A stretch of 64,000 nucleotides of DNA from Azolla caroliniana (GCA_043228905.1 JBHGNT010000012.1:16864001-16928000), one strand, 5' to 3'; counted from the stretch's first letter, positions 1 through 13,560 are shown. Notes: generated by a model from the letters alone, not told the origin. Program-made: numbers and translations.

Positions 1-244
1 AATCTCTGGAGCACATCGACTAACCAATCGGCGCATTCATGTCCAACTCGTCTAAGTCAATCAATTGTAGCCACTTCAGACAGAACCCGTTGTCGTGGAG
101 GATTCCGATCACTAGGAGAAAGACCCGTGGGATGTGTGTGAACCAGGGTGTGCATGTATGCACATGAACTTGGTCTTATGTACAAACAATTGGAAATAGT
201 GAAGTACTGATAGGTACAAGACAAGATGAGATTTATTAGTACCT

Positions 245-1011
245 ATGGCCCCTCTAAAAGAGGAAAAGAATAATAGGATGTGATGGATAAACGCTCGAGA
301 GAGCTTCGTAGGCCTTGACTAGGCCATCGAAACGTTAGTCGGCACAACGGGTCGATTCAATGGGAGAGATGTTACAAACTACCTGGAGGCCCATAAGGAA
401 GAAATGTTAATGGGGGATATTCCGGAAGACATGCGGTTGATTGGATTTGCTCGAGTTGTCACGTTAAGCATCCATGTCGAGGTGCTCGAGATATAGGTCA
501 ATTGCCATAATTGGTTAGAGTTCGAGGAAGGGTTGCTTGAGAGATACGGGCTGGATGACTCACTCCGGCTGTTGAAGGAGGAGTTCATTGAGAGGGTCGA
601 GCTCTCTGGAAAGGGAAGGAACATGACGGTGCTCCTTCAAGAGTTTGAGAAGTGCTTCATGCGATTGTCAACACTGGATAGAACCGTGCTTGATACGAGA
701 AAGGTCCTGTTGTTCATAAAGGCGGTTGATGCGCTATATAAGGAAAAGGTAGGTCTCCTCTTGGAGAAAGATGAAGGGCTCACGACCGATTGGGCCGTGG
801 TGAAGAGAATGTGTAGCTATTTCGACAAACGAAGGGAATGGAATGACGAAGGGTCATCATCTGAACTGTTTGCTAGGGGTAGAGCCATGGAGATGCCAAA
901 TCGGTTGGAAGAAGCGAGAAGGCAGGCCGACAGAGGTCCGGTAGCACTAACCAACGTTACTGATGGGCCGTCTGGAGGAGCGGCATTGGAGGGGTTCACA
1001 AAGATGGTGAG
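245..1011 (+). pseudogene. gag: gag N-terminal part of element A (in-frame stops, cut by the Sola2-like insertion)
   Basis: ATG at 245 is in frame with ORF 533-1045. Motifs GRFNGRDVTNYLEA and KVLLFIKAVD...GLTTDWAVV are shared with the gag-like ORFs at 8929 and 29104. Confidence 0.75.
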
Positions 1012-1034
1012 GGGTAAAAGCATGGTAGTGGAAA
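1012..1034 (+). repeat. Left TIR of the Sola2-like element, followed by TAATTAGCTA subterminal motifs
   Basis: 20/23 match to the reverse complement of 40685-40707. Confidence 0.8.
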
Positions 1035-1896
1035 TACTATTTTAGGTAATTAGCTACTAAAATGGCCACAACTAATTAGCTATTTGTTTAGCTAGTTTTT
1101 TGTGGGCAAATCATAAGGATGGTTTACGAAATTTTATGTTTTATTAGTTAAATACATGCCATTTAATTTATGAGAATACTCAAACATTTGAACTTATGGT
1201 TTCTGATGTAGTGGAACTTGGGGAATAGTGCCATCATCTAAGGTTGTTTTGAATGTCATCAAACTCCTGATAATCTTGAGTTCGAGTTCGAACTCTAAAC
1301 AGATGGAGTACTTTGAGCACGAACACAGACAAAGCTCCCACACCAGCACAAAAACTCTGAGATCGACATTGCATCTTTAGAGCTACAACACAACCAATTC
1401 AATCCTCGTCCAGGTATTAAAAAAACTTTTTTTTCCCTTTCTGATAACTGTTTGTAACTTTGGTGCCTATTCATCTTTCCCAAAAATCAAATAGGGCGAA
1501 GTCGTTGGAGTCCCGAACAAGGATGTCTCGAAGATCGGGGTGTAGCAGTAGGTGTGTTTTTGTTGACAGAATTTCGTATTACGGTCGATTAGGGTTTGTG
1601 TTTTCCTTAAGTGGTTTAGGGTTTCTGATTACAAGTTTCTGGTTACAAATTTCTAATTAAAAATTTCTGATTACAAATTTTTGATTGTTGTCGCAATGTG
1701 TTGTAATTTTGCACCAATTCTCATGACAAATTCTGATTAGGGTTTCTGATTTTTTAAGTGGTTGATTTCTGATACATGTTGAAAAGGGCAAATTACAAAT
1801 TTCAGATTACTGTCTCAAAGTGTTGTAATTTTGCACCAAATTCACATTAAAATTTTTGTTTTTGCACCAATTCTTATTACTGATTTTCTATTTCAG

Positions 1897-2800
1897 GTGG
1901 CTCGTTCCTCCCTATCCTAGAGTGCTGAACTTCGCAAAATTTTGCGAGACAAAGGAGGACTTTCACAACATATATGGTATGTCGCTCGAGGGTATTGACC
2001 CTATTGTTCTAAGAGATAGATTGATTAGTGATGTAGACTGGATGTAAGTATATAAAGTGCCTGACTGAAAGGCAAGGTCAACCTCAAGGATGTACGACCG
2101 GACCTGTACGACGACTGCATGAGACTCCACCAAAAAGTACATCAAGAGATCCTGGTCAACAACGAGTTGTTCGTTTCATTTGCCAGAGCTTTTGCATACG
2201 AGTATTGCAAAACAATGAAGGAATCTTGTGACACTGAAATGTACAAGGTAGCTTGGGCAATTTATGGTGAGGCATCAGTAGAAAGATGCCAGAAGATGGG
2301 GAGCTTGCAACAAAAAATGACAAGATTTTGGAGCATGGCAGTTGATGATGCAACTGTTGACTCCCAACAAACCCGCAAGTATACGCCACACCGACACACA
2401 ATGCAAGCCAATGTTGATGATACAGGTGAGACATTGGTTAGCTATATGCTAAAAAATGTCCATGAAGCCTAACATTGGAGTTTTTCAAGACTGATTTAGA
2501 GAAAGCAACATTGGCTGATGCGATGGAGAGCAAAGTCACTTTGGCAGTTACAACAATCAGAAATAAGATTCAAGTACCTATTGTTTTGATAGTATGTAAT
2601 ATGTTATAAATAACTTGTACATGAAAATGTGCTAGTGAGGCATAATCTAGAACAGGTTGCTCAACATGAACTTGAAATTGAGGGGTCGCTGGATCCCCAA
2701 CGGAAAATTCAACTGTAGATAGAGATCCAAGTTCTTCCAATGAACCTGGACCTTCTAGGTGTAAATATTGTCGCTGATTACAATTTGGACAAGCTACAAG
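1897..2800 (+). pseudogene. Degraded cargo gene of unknown function inside the Sola2-like element
   Basis: A tttcag splice acceptor at 1891-1896 is followed by coding-like fragments WLVPPYPRVLNFAKF.. and RLHQKVHQEILVNNELFVSFARAFAYEY..KVAWAIYGE, with stops and frameshifts. Confidence 0.4.
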
Positions 2801-3078
2801 TAAGTTAATGATTCTTGTTTCTTGTTATTGTATCTACCCCATTATGGAATAATTAATTGGTTTGTGGCCACCGCCTTCCTATTCAGAAGCTTCCAGTCTG
2901 ACTCCAATACCCCCCTGGGTATTTTTGCTCTGTTGACTGGCTCGTACTGGTCTTTAACTATGAGAAGGTCTTCCATCTTTATCTTCCAGTCTGCATAGTT
3001 CTGTGAGTTCAGAACTATCATACCTGGGAAACCGCTAACACCTCCTTCCATGCTTGCACCTCAAGCTCTAATACCAGT

Positions 3079-3784
3079 TTTTTGAGAAATCGTTGTGGAA
3101 TATAATTTTCACAATGAACAGACACTGTGCACTGAAATACAAATTACAGAAATATGCTAGTAAGACAAGATAAACAGATGTACACAGAGATTTACGTGGA
3201 AACCCTAAAACGGGGAAAACCACGGAAACAGATTCTTCACTATACAAATAGTGGATATACAATAGCGAGAAGATTACAACACTCTATCGAGTGCATCAGC
3301 CGCATAGGGCTCTTCACATCTGTTGTCACACACACAGCTATGGCGTGGCTCTTCCTTCTTCTCTCTCACTCTCTCTGCACACTACAACCACTGTTTCTAC
3401 TCTGTTCATCACACACATAAAGTTTTCCCTAGTTGTATATATACTTACACAACTCTCTGGCTATTTACATACGTAGCCCTCATGGGACGCACACTTAGAC
3501 TATTTACAATTATAGTCTCTCGAGTTGGCTATATGCACGATTCCAGATTCAGCCTTAGCCCATCAACTCGGCTCCTCTCTTTTTCCCATCTAGAGGGACT
3601 TGTTTCCACACATCATCATTATTATTACTATAATAATAATAATAGTCGAATCTTCAAACAATCGACTCACTGTTTTCGACTCTTCGACTGTCGGCTTTCC
3701 GAACAGTCAGATCTTCCTTGTCATCGACTGTCGGCTATCTGATCAATCGGTTCTTCCTCCCACTGGTGGGACATATTCCCAACA
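3079..3784 (-). repeat. LTR of copia C
   Basis: Direct repeat of 7909-8324; ends ...TTCCCAACA next to the PPT complement AACTCCCCCTT. Confidence 0.9.
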
Positions 3785-3799
3785 AACTCCCCCTTCACT

Positions 3800-6700
3800 C
3801 CTATGGGAGGAAATCTTTCAGTCTTGTATTTTGTCGACAGACTCTAAGTCTGTCCATAGGTAGGTTCTTCGTTAGTATGTTAGATCCATTGTCGTCAGTA
3901 TGGATCTTCAAAAGAGCGAACTCTCAATCTTCGACTCTCTCCCACAACTAGTGATACCTTCTCTGTATGTGCTTGGTCCCGGAGTGATATGCCGCGTTCT
4001 TGGCTAGATGTATGGCGCTTTGGCTATCACAATGAAGCAAGAACTCCTTTTGCTTCATGCCTAGTTTGGTGGGAAAAATTCTCATCCAGATAAGCTCTTT
4101 TCTGGCTTCTATCGCTGCCATATACTCTGCCTCTGTAGTCGACAAGGCTACAGACTTTTGCAATCGTGACTGCCACGACACTACTCCCCTTGCATATGTC
4201 ATCACGTACCCTGACATGGATCGGCTTGAGTCGACATCTCCTGACATGTCTAAATTGGTAAACCTTCCAACACAGGTTTTCCGACACCATACCTTAGGCA
4301 CATCTCCGAGGTGCCTTTCAAGTACTTGAGTATCCATTTCATCGCTGCCTAGTGTTCTCTCCCTGGATTACTTATATATCGGCTTACTGTTCCCACAACA
4401 AATGCTATGTCCGGTCTCGTACAAACCATAGCATACATTAGACTGCTGATGGTTGAGGCATATGGTACCTTCCTCATCTCAGCCTTCTCCTTCTGTCCCT
4501 TCGGACACTGCTTCGCATGTAATCTGCAGTTTGTCGACAACACGGAGCCGACTGGCTTTGAATTCGACATGTTGAACCTCTCTAGGATCTTTGTCATATA
4601 CTTCTGCTGTGACAACCATAGCACCTTCCGAACTCTGTCTCGGGTTATGTGCATTCCTAGGATTTGCTTTATCGGTCCAAGGTCTTTCATGGAAAATTAC
4701 TTGTCGAGAGCTTTCGTCAAGCTTCCAATCTTCCTTGTGTCTTGACCGACTATCAACATATCATCAACATATAGCAAGAGAATCAAGAAATCTTCTTCCT
4801 CGTACCTTTTGACGAACACACAGTGATCGACTTGTGTTTTCTGGAACCGATGTTCCATCATGAAGGACTCAAATTTCTTGTACCATTGGCGTGGAGCTTG
4901 TTTCAGTCCGTACAAGCTTTTCCTCAATCAACACACCAGATTCTGTTTCCCTTCTCCTCAAAGCCTTCAGGTTGCTGCATGTAGATTTCTTCGTCCAACT
5001 TCCCATACAGAAATGCGGTTTTGACATCCAACTGTTCGATCTCCAGGTCCATGCTGGCCGCTATGCTCAGAATAGTTCGTATGGATGTCATCTTCACGAC
5101 TGGTGTGAATATTTCGTCAAAGTCGATGCCCTTCCTCTGTTGGAAACCCTTCACCACTATGCGGGCTTTATACCTGGGCTCGCTGTTGACTTCTCCAGTC
5201 TTCACCTTGTAGACCCATTTTTTACTGAGTGCTCTCTTACCTTTCGGCAGCTCTACTAGGTCGTAGGTGTAATTCGCATGCAAGGATTCCATCTCCTCTT
5301 GCATTGCGTTCAACCATTTTTCTCTGCTCTCGTCGGCAATGGCTTCTTCATAGCACTCCGGTTCATCGTCATCAGTCAAGAAGAGGTATTGACTGGCATA
5401 TGTAGTCGGTGCCTTCCTTTCTCTGAGTGGGTACCTTCGTCCACTCGCTGTTGGCTCTATTCCGGATGTCTCTGCCAACTCTTCTCTCTGCTCGGGATTC
5501 TGCTCATCAATCAACATCTCTAGATTGGACAACTCCAACTCATAGTCCTCAATTGATTTTAGTAGATCTGCTAACTCTGATTCATAGTCTGTCGGTCTTT
5601 CCGAGTCGACCGACTCGGATTCGGCTCTGTCGGCCAGTTGTCTCCTTACAACTGTCAGTGATGACTCACTTGGCCTTCAGTCGATGGTAGTCAAGGTTGA
5701 TTGGGGAGTCGGTTCCAACTTCTGTTGCTTCCAGTCTTCAATTGTCTTGTCTTCTAGAAAGACTATATCCTGACTTCTCACTACCTTCTTGTCGACTAAG
5801 TCCCACAACCTGTAGCCGAACTCATCTTCCAAGTATCCCATGAATATGCATGCTTTCGACTTCCTGTTGAGTTTTGACCTTTTATCCTTCGGTACATGCA
5901 TATACGCCAAACATCCAAACACCCTTAGGTGTTGGTAGGAGACATCCTTTCTTGCCCACACCCTCTGTGGGACATGACCCTTTAGAGGTACTGAGGGAGA
6001 CCTGTTGATCAGATAAACAGTTGTGTACATCGCCTCAACCCAATAGGATTTTGGTAGTTTCGCATGAGAGAGCATGCTCCTTACTCTCTCCATGATCGTT
6101 CGATTCATCCTCTTTGCAAGCCCGTTCAACTCTAGGGTCTTTGGCACTATGTATTCGATCCGAATACCTTGGCTCTTGCAGTATTCTTCGAACTGCCCTT
6201 TGTATTCGCCATCGTTGTCGGTTCGGACAACCTTCAGTTTCCGACCCAATTGTCTTTCAGTTCTTGCCTGGAACTCCTTGAAACCCAATAGTACTTGATC
6301 CTTCGTCTTTAGTACGAAGGCCCATGTCTTCCAACTATGGTCGTCAATGAATGTCACGAAGTACTGTCCTCCTCGATGCGATGGGGCATCCACATAGCAC
6401 ACATCCGTGTGCACTAGTTCCAGTGCAACTTCTCTTCTCCTCAGTGGTCTCGAGTGGAATGCCGCCGTGTTCTACTTTCCGACTAAGCAGTCGACACACT
6501 TCTCCAGGTGCACTCCCTTGACTTCTGGCAGAAGTTTTTGGTCGGCTAATAGGTGCATTCCCTTCTCACTCATGTGGCCTAGCCTCTTATGCCATATCTC
6601 CCCTGCCGAGTCGGCTGCCACGTTTACTTCCGATTTGCACAGTCGGGCACGCATCGTATACAATGTGCCTTCTTTCTGTGCTCAGGCCACTATAAGATTT

Positions 6701-7881
6701 CCTTGGTAGAACTTCCACTTGCCATTCTGAAAGCTACCACTGTAGCCTTCGTCATCAAGCCTTCCAATCGATATTAGATTCAATCTGATATCAAGGACGT
6801 GTCGAACATCCTTCAACGTTAGTCGACACCCTGTCGATGTCGTTAAGCACACACTTCCGACTCCGGTTATCTTGCATTCTCCACTATCATCCATCTTTAC
6901 ATAGCCATGATCCCCGGCTATGTAAGTCGAGAAATACTCTCTCGATGGAGTAATATGGTAGGATGCGCCGGAATCAATCACCCACGTGCAATCTTCACTC
7001 GCAAGATTTTCACTCGTCTGTTCACAAAAGAACAATAGTTCTTCATTGCTCGTAGCAATGGCCGAAGTGTTCTTTTCATCCAGAATCTTCCGGGGTTCGA
7101 CATTATTTCCGACAGACTTCTCTTTTCTCATGTGTCGGCAGTCCTTCTAGAAGTGTCCAGGTTTTACACAATAAAAGCACACAAGCTTACCTCTGGACTT
7201 CGATCTGGCATGGGATTTGTCCGTTCGATGCAGACTTCTTCTTCGCTGGTCTCTTCCTTTGTCCATATATTGAGTCAGATTCGACTCCGTTTGGGACAGA
7301 ACTCCTTTGTCTTTCCTCCTTGCCTTCTCGTTTAGGATGCTTGTCTTCACCGTCTGTAAAGACAAGTTCTCTTCTTGACAAGAGGTGCTGAGAGTAACCA
7401 CCAGGTTCTCCCAGCTTTCCGGCAGCGTGCACATCAGTAGGATGGCTTGCATTGCGTCATCCAAGAGAAACTTGGTCGCAACAAGTTGATTTACATACCC
7501 CATAAATGTGTTGATGTGTTCGGCGATGTTCTCACCGTCTCTATATTTCAACCGTACGATCTTTCTCATCAGCGAGGTTCTGTTTAGCGCGTTCTTCCTC
7601 TCATATAGACCCGACAACTTCTGCCACATCTCGTGGGCATTCGTGTCGTTCGCCACATGCCGAAGGACACTTACATCGACAGATTGTCGGATTGTGGCCA
7701 CCGCCTTCCTATTCAGAAGCTTCCAGTCTGACTCCAATACCCCCCTGGGTATTTCTGCTCTGTTGATTGGCTCGTACTGGTCTTTAACTATGAGAAGGTC
7801 TTCCATCTTTATCTTCCAGTCTGCATAGTTCTGTGAATTCAGAACTATCATACCTGGGAAACCGCTAACACTTCCTTCCAT
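3800..7881 (-). pseudogene. Copia gag-pol polyprotein, fragmented
   Basis: CFYCVKPGHF zinc knuckle, WVIDSGAS protease, WHKRLGH and HTDVC..DDHS integrase, LLLYVDDML RT, ALSTTEAEY RNase H. Confidence 0.92.
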
Positions 7882-7908
7882 GCTTGCGCCTCGAGCTCTA
7901 ATACCAGT

Positions 7909-8324
7909 TTTTTGAGAAATCGTTGTGGAATATAATTTTCACAATGAACAGACACTGTGCATTGACACTGTGTATATATACTTACACAACTTTCTGGCTA
8001 TTTACATACGTAGCCCTCATGGGACGCACACTTAGACTATTTACAATTATAATCTTCCGAGTTAGCTATATACACGATTCCGGATTTAGCCTTAGCCCAT
8101 CAACTCGGCTCCTCTCTCTTTCCCATCTAGAGGGACTTGTTTCCACACATCATCATCATTATTACTATAATAATAATAATAATAATCGAATCTTCAAACA
8201 GTCGACTCATTGTTTTCGACTCTTTGACTGTCGGCTTTCCGAACAGTTGGATCTTCCCTGTCATTGATTGTCGGCTATCCGATCAATCGGTTCTTCCTCC
8301 CACTGGAGGGACATATTCCCAACA
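7909..8324 (-). repeat. 5' LTR of copia C with a ~290-bp internal deletion
   Basis: Matches 3079-3784 except for a block missing at ~7965. Confidence 0.88.
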
Positions 8325-8928
8325 TATCCCACATAGAAAGGTTACTTCACGCATATTTTTTAGAAAAAAGCTTTACTTAGAAGAAAAACACATGATAGAA
8401 AAAAGCTCCACATGCACATCTAGCGTGCATAAACACTATAGTCGATAAAAATTGCATGAGGTTAGAAAAGCATGTTAGAGAAAGCATATAGTCTATAGAT
8501 AGAGAAAGCATGGAGTCCATAGTTAGAGAAAAAGCATGGATTGCTAAGACTCTCTCATCACTATATAAGGATGGGGAGCACAATGTCATAAAGGGGGAGA
8601 AAATTAAATAGGGTCTAAATATTGATTAATATAATACTCGTGGGATTCATGAGTTTTTCGATTTCTCTTTTCCAATCTATTCTTATCAATTCCAATCTAT
8701 TCCAAAGTATAATTAGGGTTAAATATTAATAAAACCAAAAAACTATATTCGTGACATTCACGAATTTCTATCTCTCTTTCTTATAATCTATTTATATTCT
8801 TATTAGCCTTAAAACTCTCCTCCTCCTAGTCCAAAACCCCAACGGTTCCCACCTGACTCACGCAACGATCCGGCGCCGAAAGGCACGACACATTTGGTGA
8901 ACTCGACGTGAAAACGGGCGATAAGGAG

Positions 8929-10525
8929 ATGGAGAATCAACCAGAGGCGATCAACACGATGATGATGATGTTCGAGCGGATGCTACAAGAACAATGAGTG
9001 ACGTCGAAGATCACGACGGTAGTAAAGCGGCTCGTACAACAAAATGAACAATTCAACGGAAAGGATGCGTCACGCTATCTTCGTGACTACAAGGCGGAGA
9101 TGATGCGATGTGGGATATCGGAAAGATGAGTTACAAGAGAGACTCTACAAGATACGGCAACAAAACCCAACATGGGGGTCCTTTGAAGAAGCTTTACGAG
9201 AGGCATATGACTATGAGAGACCGAAGGGACGAGATCAATGCGAGTTTCACCAGTGGGTGGTATCAATGAAGACCCACCGAAGCGCAACACAAGCATTCCT
9301 AGAGTTCGAGCATCGTTTTGCTCGACGCTCGGAGCGGGAACAAAGATTGGCGGGGGAGGATAAAATCCTAATGTTCGTAAGATCGATAGATCGGAAAGAA
9401 AGGATGGACATCGGGATTGAACTCGAAGATGATGACGGTGCAAATGGCTTTACCGAGGATTGGGCTGAAGTCGAAAGAGTGTGCCGAAGATATGATAAGA
9501 GGAAGACGAGAATATTGCCGACAACAACATGGCCTATAAGGGATGATCGATTAAGGATAAACGATGTGGTTGATATGAACACTGGAATACAATATGATGG
9601 TACTATGGGAGAGGGTGTGGAACAAGCTACCCTGTTGTCATGCGAAAGAATGATGACCAATGATAAGGCCGATCTCTTGAGAGTGGCGAACACCACTTCA
9701 AGGGTGGAAGAAGCTTTCGGGACACGAGTGTCCGAAACATCGAGTGAAAAAGGGGTAAGCATAATCGAAGCTTGCACGATCAAGGAGGGCAAACAGTGTG
9801 AAGCCTATGGAGTTGAAGAGATAGCCACGGATAATGACATCAAGGCGAAGGTGGCTAAGGATGATTCGATGGAGGACGGTAATACCGAGGATTCCTTCCC
9901 ACTAATTCTAGACACTTCGGCAATTGCATCTAAGAGCCAACGTGAGACTAAAGAGACGAAAGGTGGCAAAGATGAAACGAAGGTTGAAGCCGATGCATGT
10001 GACGAAGAGATAGTCAAGAAGGTGGCTATGGATGAGTCAATGGCAGATGGCCAAGGCAAGACTTTCCCAACCCTAATTCTAGAGACTTCGACAATTGCAT
10101 TCGAGAGGCAATGTGAGACCGGAGAGACGGAAGGTGGCAACAGGAAAGTGGAAGACCAAGCCAATGCGAGTGACGACTACCATGCGGTTGTGATTGATCA
10201 AAGACATACGGATTCCTCCACACCTATTCCAGAGATTTCGGTAGTTGTGCACGAGAGCCAACATGAGACCGGAGAGATGGAAGTTGGCGGCGAGGTACAA
10301 TTTGATGAAGAGGAAGAAAGCGGAAAGAATGGAAGAACCGAAAGACGATCTGGATGGAAGACGATCCAGCCGGTATTCCAATCCGAATGGAAGCCAACTC
10401 GAGTGGAAACCGATCGGTCGAAACCGATCAACCGAGTCCGATTCGGCCGAATACAAATCCGATCAGAAGCCGATCCAACCGAAAGTCGATCGGATGAGAC
10501 CGATCAGGAAAGAAGTCGAGATTGA
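8929..10525 (+). pseudogene. Gag-like protein with an acidic repetitive tail (element B)
   Basis: QFNGKDASRYLRDYKAEM and DKILMFVRSID..GFTEDWAEVERVC are homologous to the ORF at 29104; stop and frameshift near the 5' end. Confidence 0.75.
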
Positions 10526-11001
10526 TGAAGACAAGGAAGAGGCCAAGAAAAGACACTACCACGGATGGCAAGGACCAAGCGGGCCAAGAGGATTTGAAGG
10601 TTGTTACTAAGGATGAGATCTCGAAAACAAGGAGGGCTCTAACATGAAGATTGTCAACTCTAATGCGAGATTTTACGATGAAGGTGGACGAAGTGGAGAG
10701 TGTCTTGACCAATGAGATGGTCGGAACGAAGGTGGCACATGCACGAGACATGAAGGGTTATGCTCAAGTGGAGCACAAGGAGACATGACAATCGGTCATG
10801 GCAATGGAAAGAGTGAACAAAGAATATGGTGAATCGGATGGCGACAATGGTTTGGGTGGAAGGAATGGACGTGCTCAAAATGGAGAAACAAAGTCAACAT
10901 TGCGGGAGAAACAAAGGGTATTACGAATGAAGGAGAATAACGAGCTCCAACAACTTCGGCACATACTGGAAGATGTGCGGGTTCGGAGGGGGGTGAGAAT
11001 G

Positions 11002-11850
11002 TGTCGTGCCTTTCGACGCCGGATCATTGCGTGAGTCGAGTGGGAACCGCTGGGGTTTTGGACTAGGAGGAAGAAGAATTTCAGACGAGTTTAGTTATGA
11101 ATAGATTGTAAGAAAGAGATATAGAACCTCATGAATCCCACGAGTATATTGTATTAGATTAATCAATATAAAGATAAGAATATGAATTTAGATTGAATGA
11201 GAAGGATATAGAAACCTCGTGAATCCCACGAGTATAGTTTATTTATTTTATTAGTATTTAAAACCTTAATAATAAATTAGAATAGATTGGAAGAGAGAGA
11301 TATAGAAAACTTGTGAATCCCACAAGCATAATTTATTTTATTAATCATTATTTTTGAACCTTAATGATTTTTCATCCATAATTTTCTCCCCCTTTATTAC
11401 ATTGTTCTCCCCATCCTTACATAGTGATGAGAGAGACTTAGCAATCCATGCTTTTTCTCTAACTATGGACTCCATGTTTTCTCTATCTATAGACTATATG
11501 CTTTCTCTAACATGCTTTTCTAACCTCATGCGTTTTTTATCGACTATAATGTTTATGCACGCTAGATGTGCATGTGGAGCTTTTTTTCTATCATGCATTT
11601 TTCTTCTAAGTAAAGCTTTTTTCTAGAAAATATGTGTGAAGTAACCTTTTTATGTGGGATATCTACTTTTCTAACACTCATTAAGTGTTAGTGTAATGTT
11701 AAGGCTTCAAATTATTAACATGGAGGTACAAGGTTTGAATCTTGCCCTATGCATGTAATATATATTTTGATATTTCTTTCTTTTTCTTTATATTTATTCA
11801 ATCGGTTATTTTATACGTTTTTCACGTAGTGTACGAAATACACTACGACA
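11002..11850 (-). repeat. Complete ~849-bp LTR of family B, in inverted orientation
   Basis: Termini TGTCGT...ACGACA; reverse complement of 8325-8890 over their shared part. Confidence 0.85.
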
Positions 11851-12929
11851 ACGCTATAACTGATGAGGAGATAGTTGCCAACGTGGCTGAAAGTAAGAGT
11901 CCTGCTATCACATCTCCTTCAGATCAGCTCCACCCTATTCTTTTGGAAGATTGTACTGAATTAGTCAACAATGTGAAAAGCCATGAAATATTGAAAACAA
12001 CATATAAATATGAGGTTCACAACAATAATGTTTTTTAAAACTTGATGCAACATTACTTCGAATCCCAAAACCTTGATTCCACCCCACCGAGCCCAACTAC
12101 TAATAATGTCCAAACAGATCCCACTGTACTGGAAAAGCTAGCGCAAGACGCCACTGACATGCAAGCCGCAGCTGAGGTGATGGAAAGGTTGTCGAAGGAG
12201 GACACACTTGCGCAATGGGTCAAAGAAGCAAAGCTAAATGGGCAACCAACTAGAAAAAGGCTAAAGAAGGGGCCACGATCGAGGACAAGACCAACTACTC
12301 GGTCAAGGAAGGGGCTCTTGAATTGGAGTGAAATACTTATTAGTGGGATATGATTGTTAGCGATTTTCCTAGGGTTTTATGAAGTTTTATTATGATCTAT
12401 TTGGACAAGTAAAACCTCAGATTGGTTGTTGCTTGATCCATGTTATGTAATGGAACTCTATGATGTTTCTCCAAGATAATTATGTTCATGTTGTTCTATG
12501 ATGGAAAATATTTCATGTTCATTATGTTGTTTTGTGAGACTATTAGTTACTTTGTGACTGTGAATATGTTGGTGTTTTCTGATGTTGTAGAGTCTAAAGG
12601 GTTTGAATCTATTGCTCCTAAGACTGATGGCAGTGTGGAAATTATTGATGTTGTTGCGTGTCTAGTGGGCCACATCTTGAAAGTAGATGTACAACTAACA
12701 CAAATGATCTGGTCACGCAAGTTGATAAACTGTGTTGCACAGATGATCTGATTTTGCAGGTAGATGCAACATGTGATACCAGTGGGATGATATCGACCAG
12801 ATCAGTATCTACATGACTGAGTTAATGACTAAGTCGACAATACAAGAGCACCAGAATGTGAAGCCAGGCCCAACATAGTCGACCAGGGGTTGAAGAGGAA
12901 AAGGACACCAATTATGCCGATAGAACCTT

Positions 12930-13560
12930 GAGTTGATTGAAATTGATCGTGTGCTACCAGTAATTGGTGTAACAGAGGCTTCGTTACAAGAATGGAAACC
13001 TAAACCATTAGAAGTCGAAAGAAGAGCCTTGACCTTGGAGCTTGATATAAAGTCCTGATGAGTGTGCGATATATGACACCAAGGAAGGACGCAAATCAAT
13101 TTCTAGAGTGGGTTGTGCAATACTTTGATTTGTTTATTTGGAGTGAAAAACCACGTACAGATGTGTGGAAGTGTGTAGAAAGATTCTTCCCGAAGTGGTG
13201 ACAACATTTCAAGGGTCAATGGACACAAGAGAATTGTGAGCAGAAGGATGTTGCAAGATTCAAAAGACTTTCTGATTTTTGGGCCACTTGACCAGATTAT
13301 AATGCCGACAATACATTGATTCTAGATACAGAACATTTTTGACATTACTTCAACATTCGCAGATGCTATCTCATTCTACCCGAGGAAATTCCTGCACACT
13401 ACTTGGTGAAAACATTGAGCTGCCAACTAATTGCATGGTTGTGGACTCCATACCGAGCTCGGTATGCAGATCATATATGTAGAGAAGTTCCACTGACCAG
13501 CAAGAGCTTAGTTGTTTATAGGCGATTTGAAGACATTGCCAATAGGATGTTATAAATATG
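12930..13560 (+). pseudogene. FCP1/NIF (HAD-fold CTD-phosphatase-like) domain remnant, cargo of the Sola2-like element
   Basis: Reading through stops gives RRALTLELD..PRKDANQFLEWVVQYFDLFIWSEK..WTQENC..FKRLSDFW..YNADNTLILD..HYFN, the motif order of NIF-family domains; the catalytic DxDx motif is not intact. Confidence 0.5.

Larger units (their letters stand above)
2862..8324 (-). mobile_element. Ty1/copia element C (LTR-internal-LTR plus a second PBS and gag start; left end truncated)
   Basis: LTRs at 3079-3784 and 7909-8324. iMet-type PBS (TGGTATTAGAGC) at 7895-7906 and again at 3065-3076. PPT at 3785-3800. Domain order is gag-PR-IN-RT-RH. Confidence 0.9.
8325..11850 (+). mobile_element. Gag-only gypsy-type LTR element B whose second LTR is inverted
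   Basis: LTR remnant 8325-8890 ends GGCACGACA. PBS TGGTGAACTCGACGTGA (tRNA-Trp type) at 8895-8911. Gag-like ORF, no pol, and a PPT GGAGGGGGGTGAGAA ending at 10999. An LTR copy in reverse orientation follows at 11002-11850. Confidence 0.75.

Noticed and set aside
8325-11661. A TIR DNA transposon or DIRS element suggested by the long inverted repeats
   Set aside because: The repeats have LTR termini, a PBS and a PPT, and no transposase or tyrosine recombinase is encoded.
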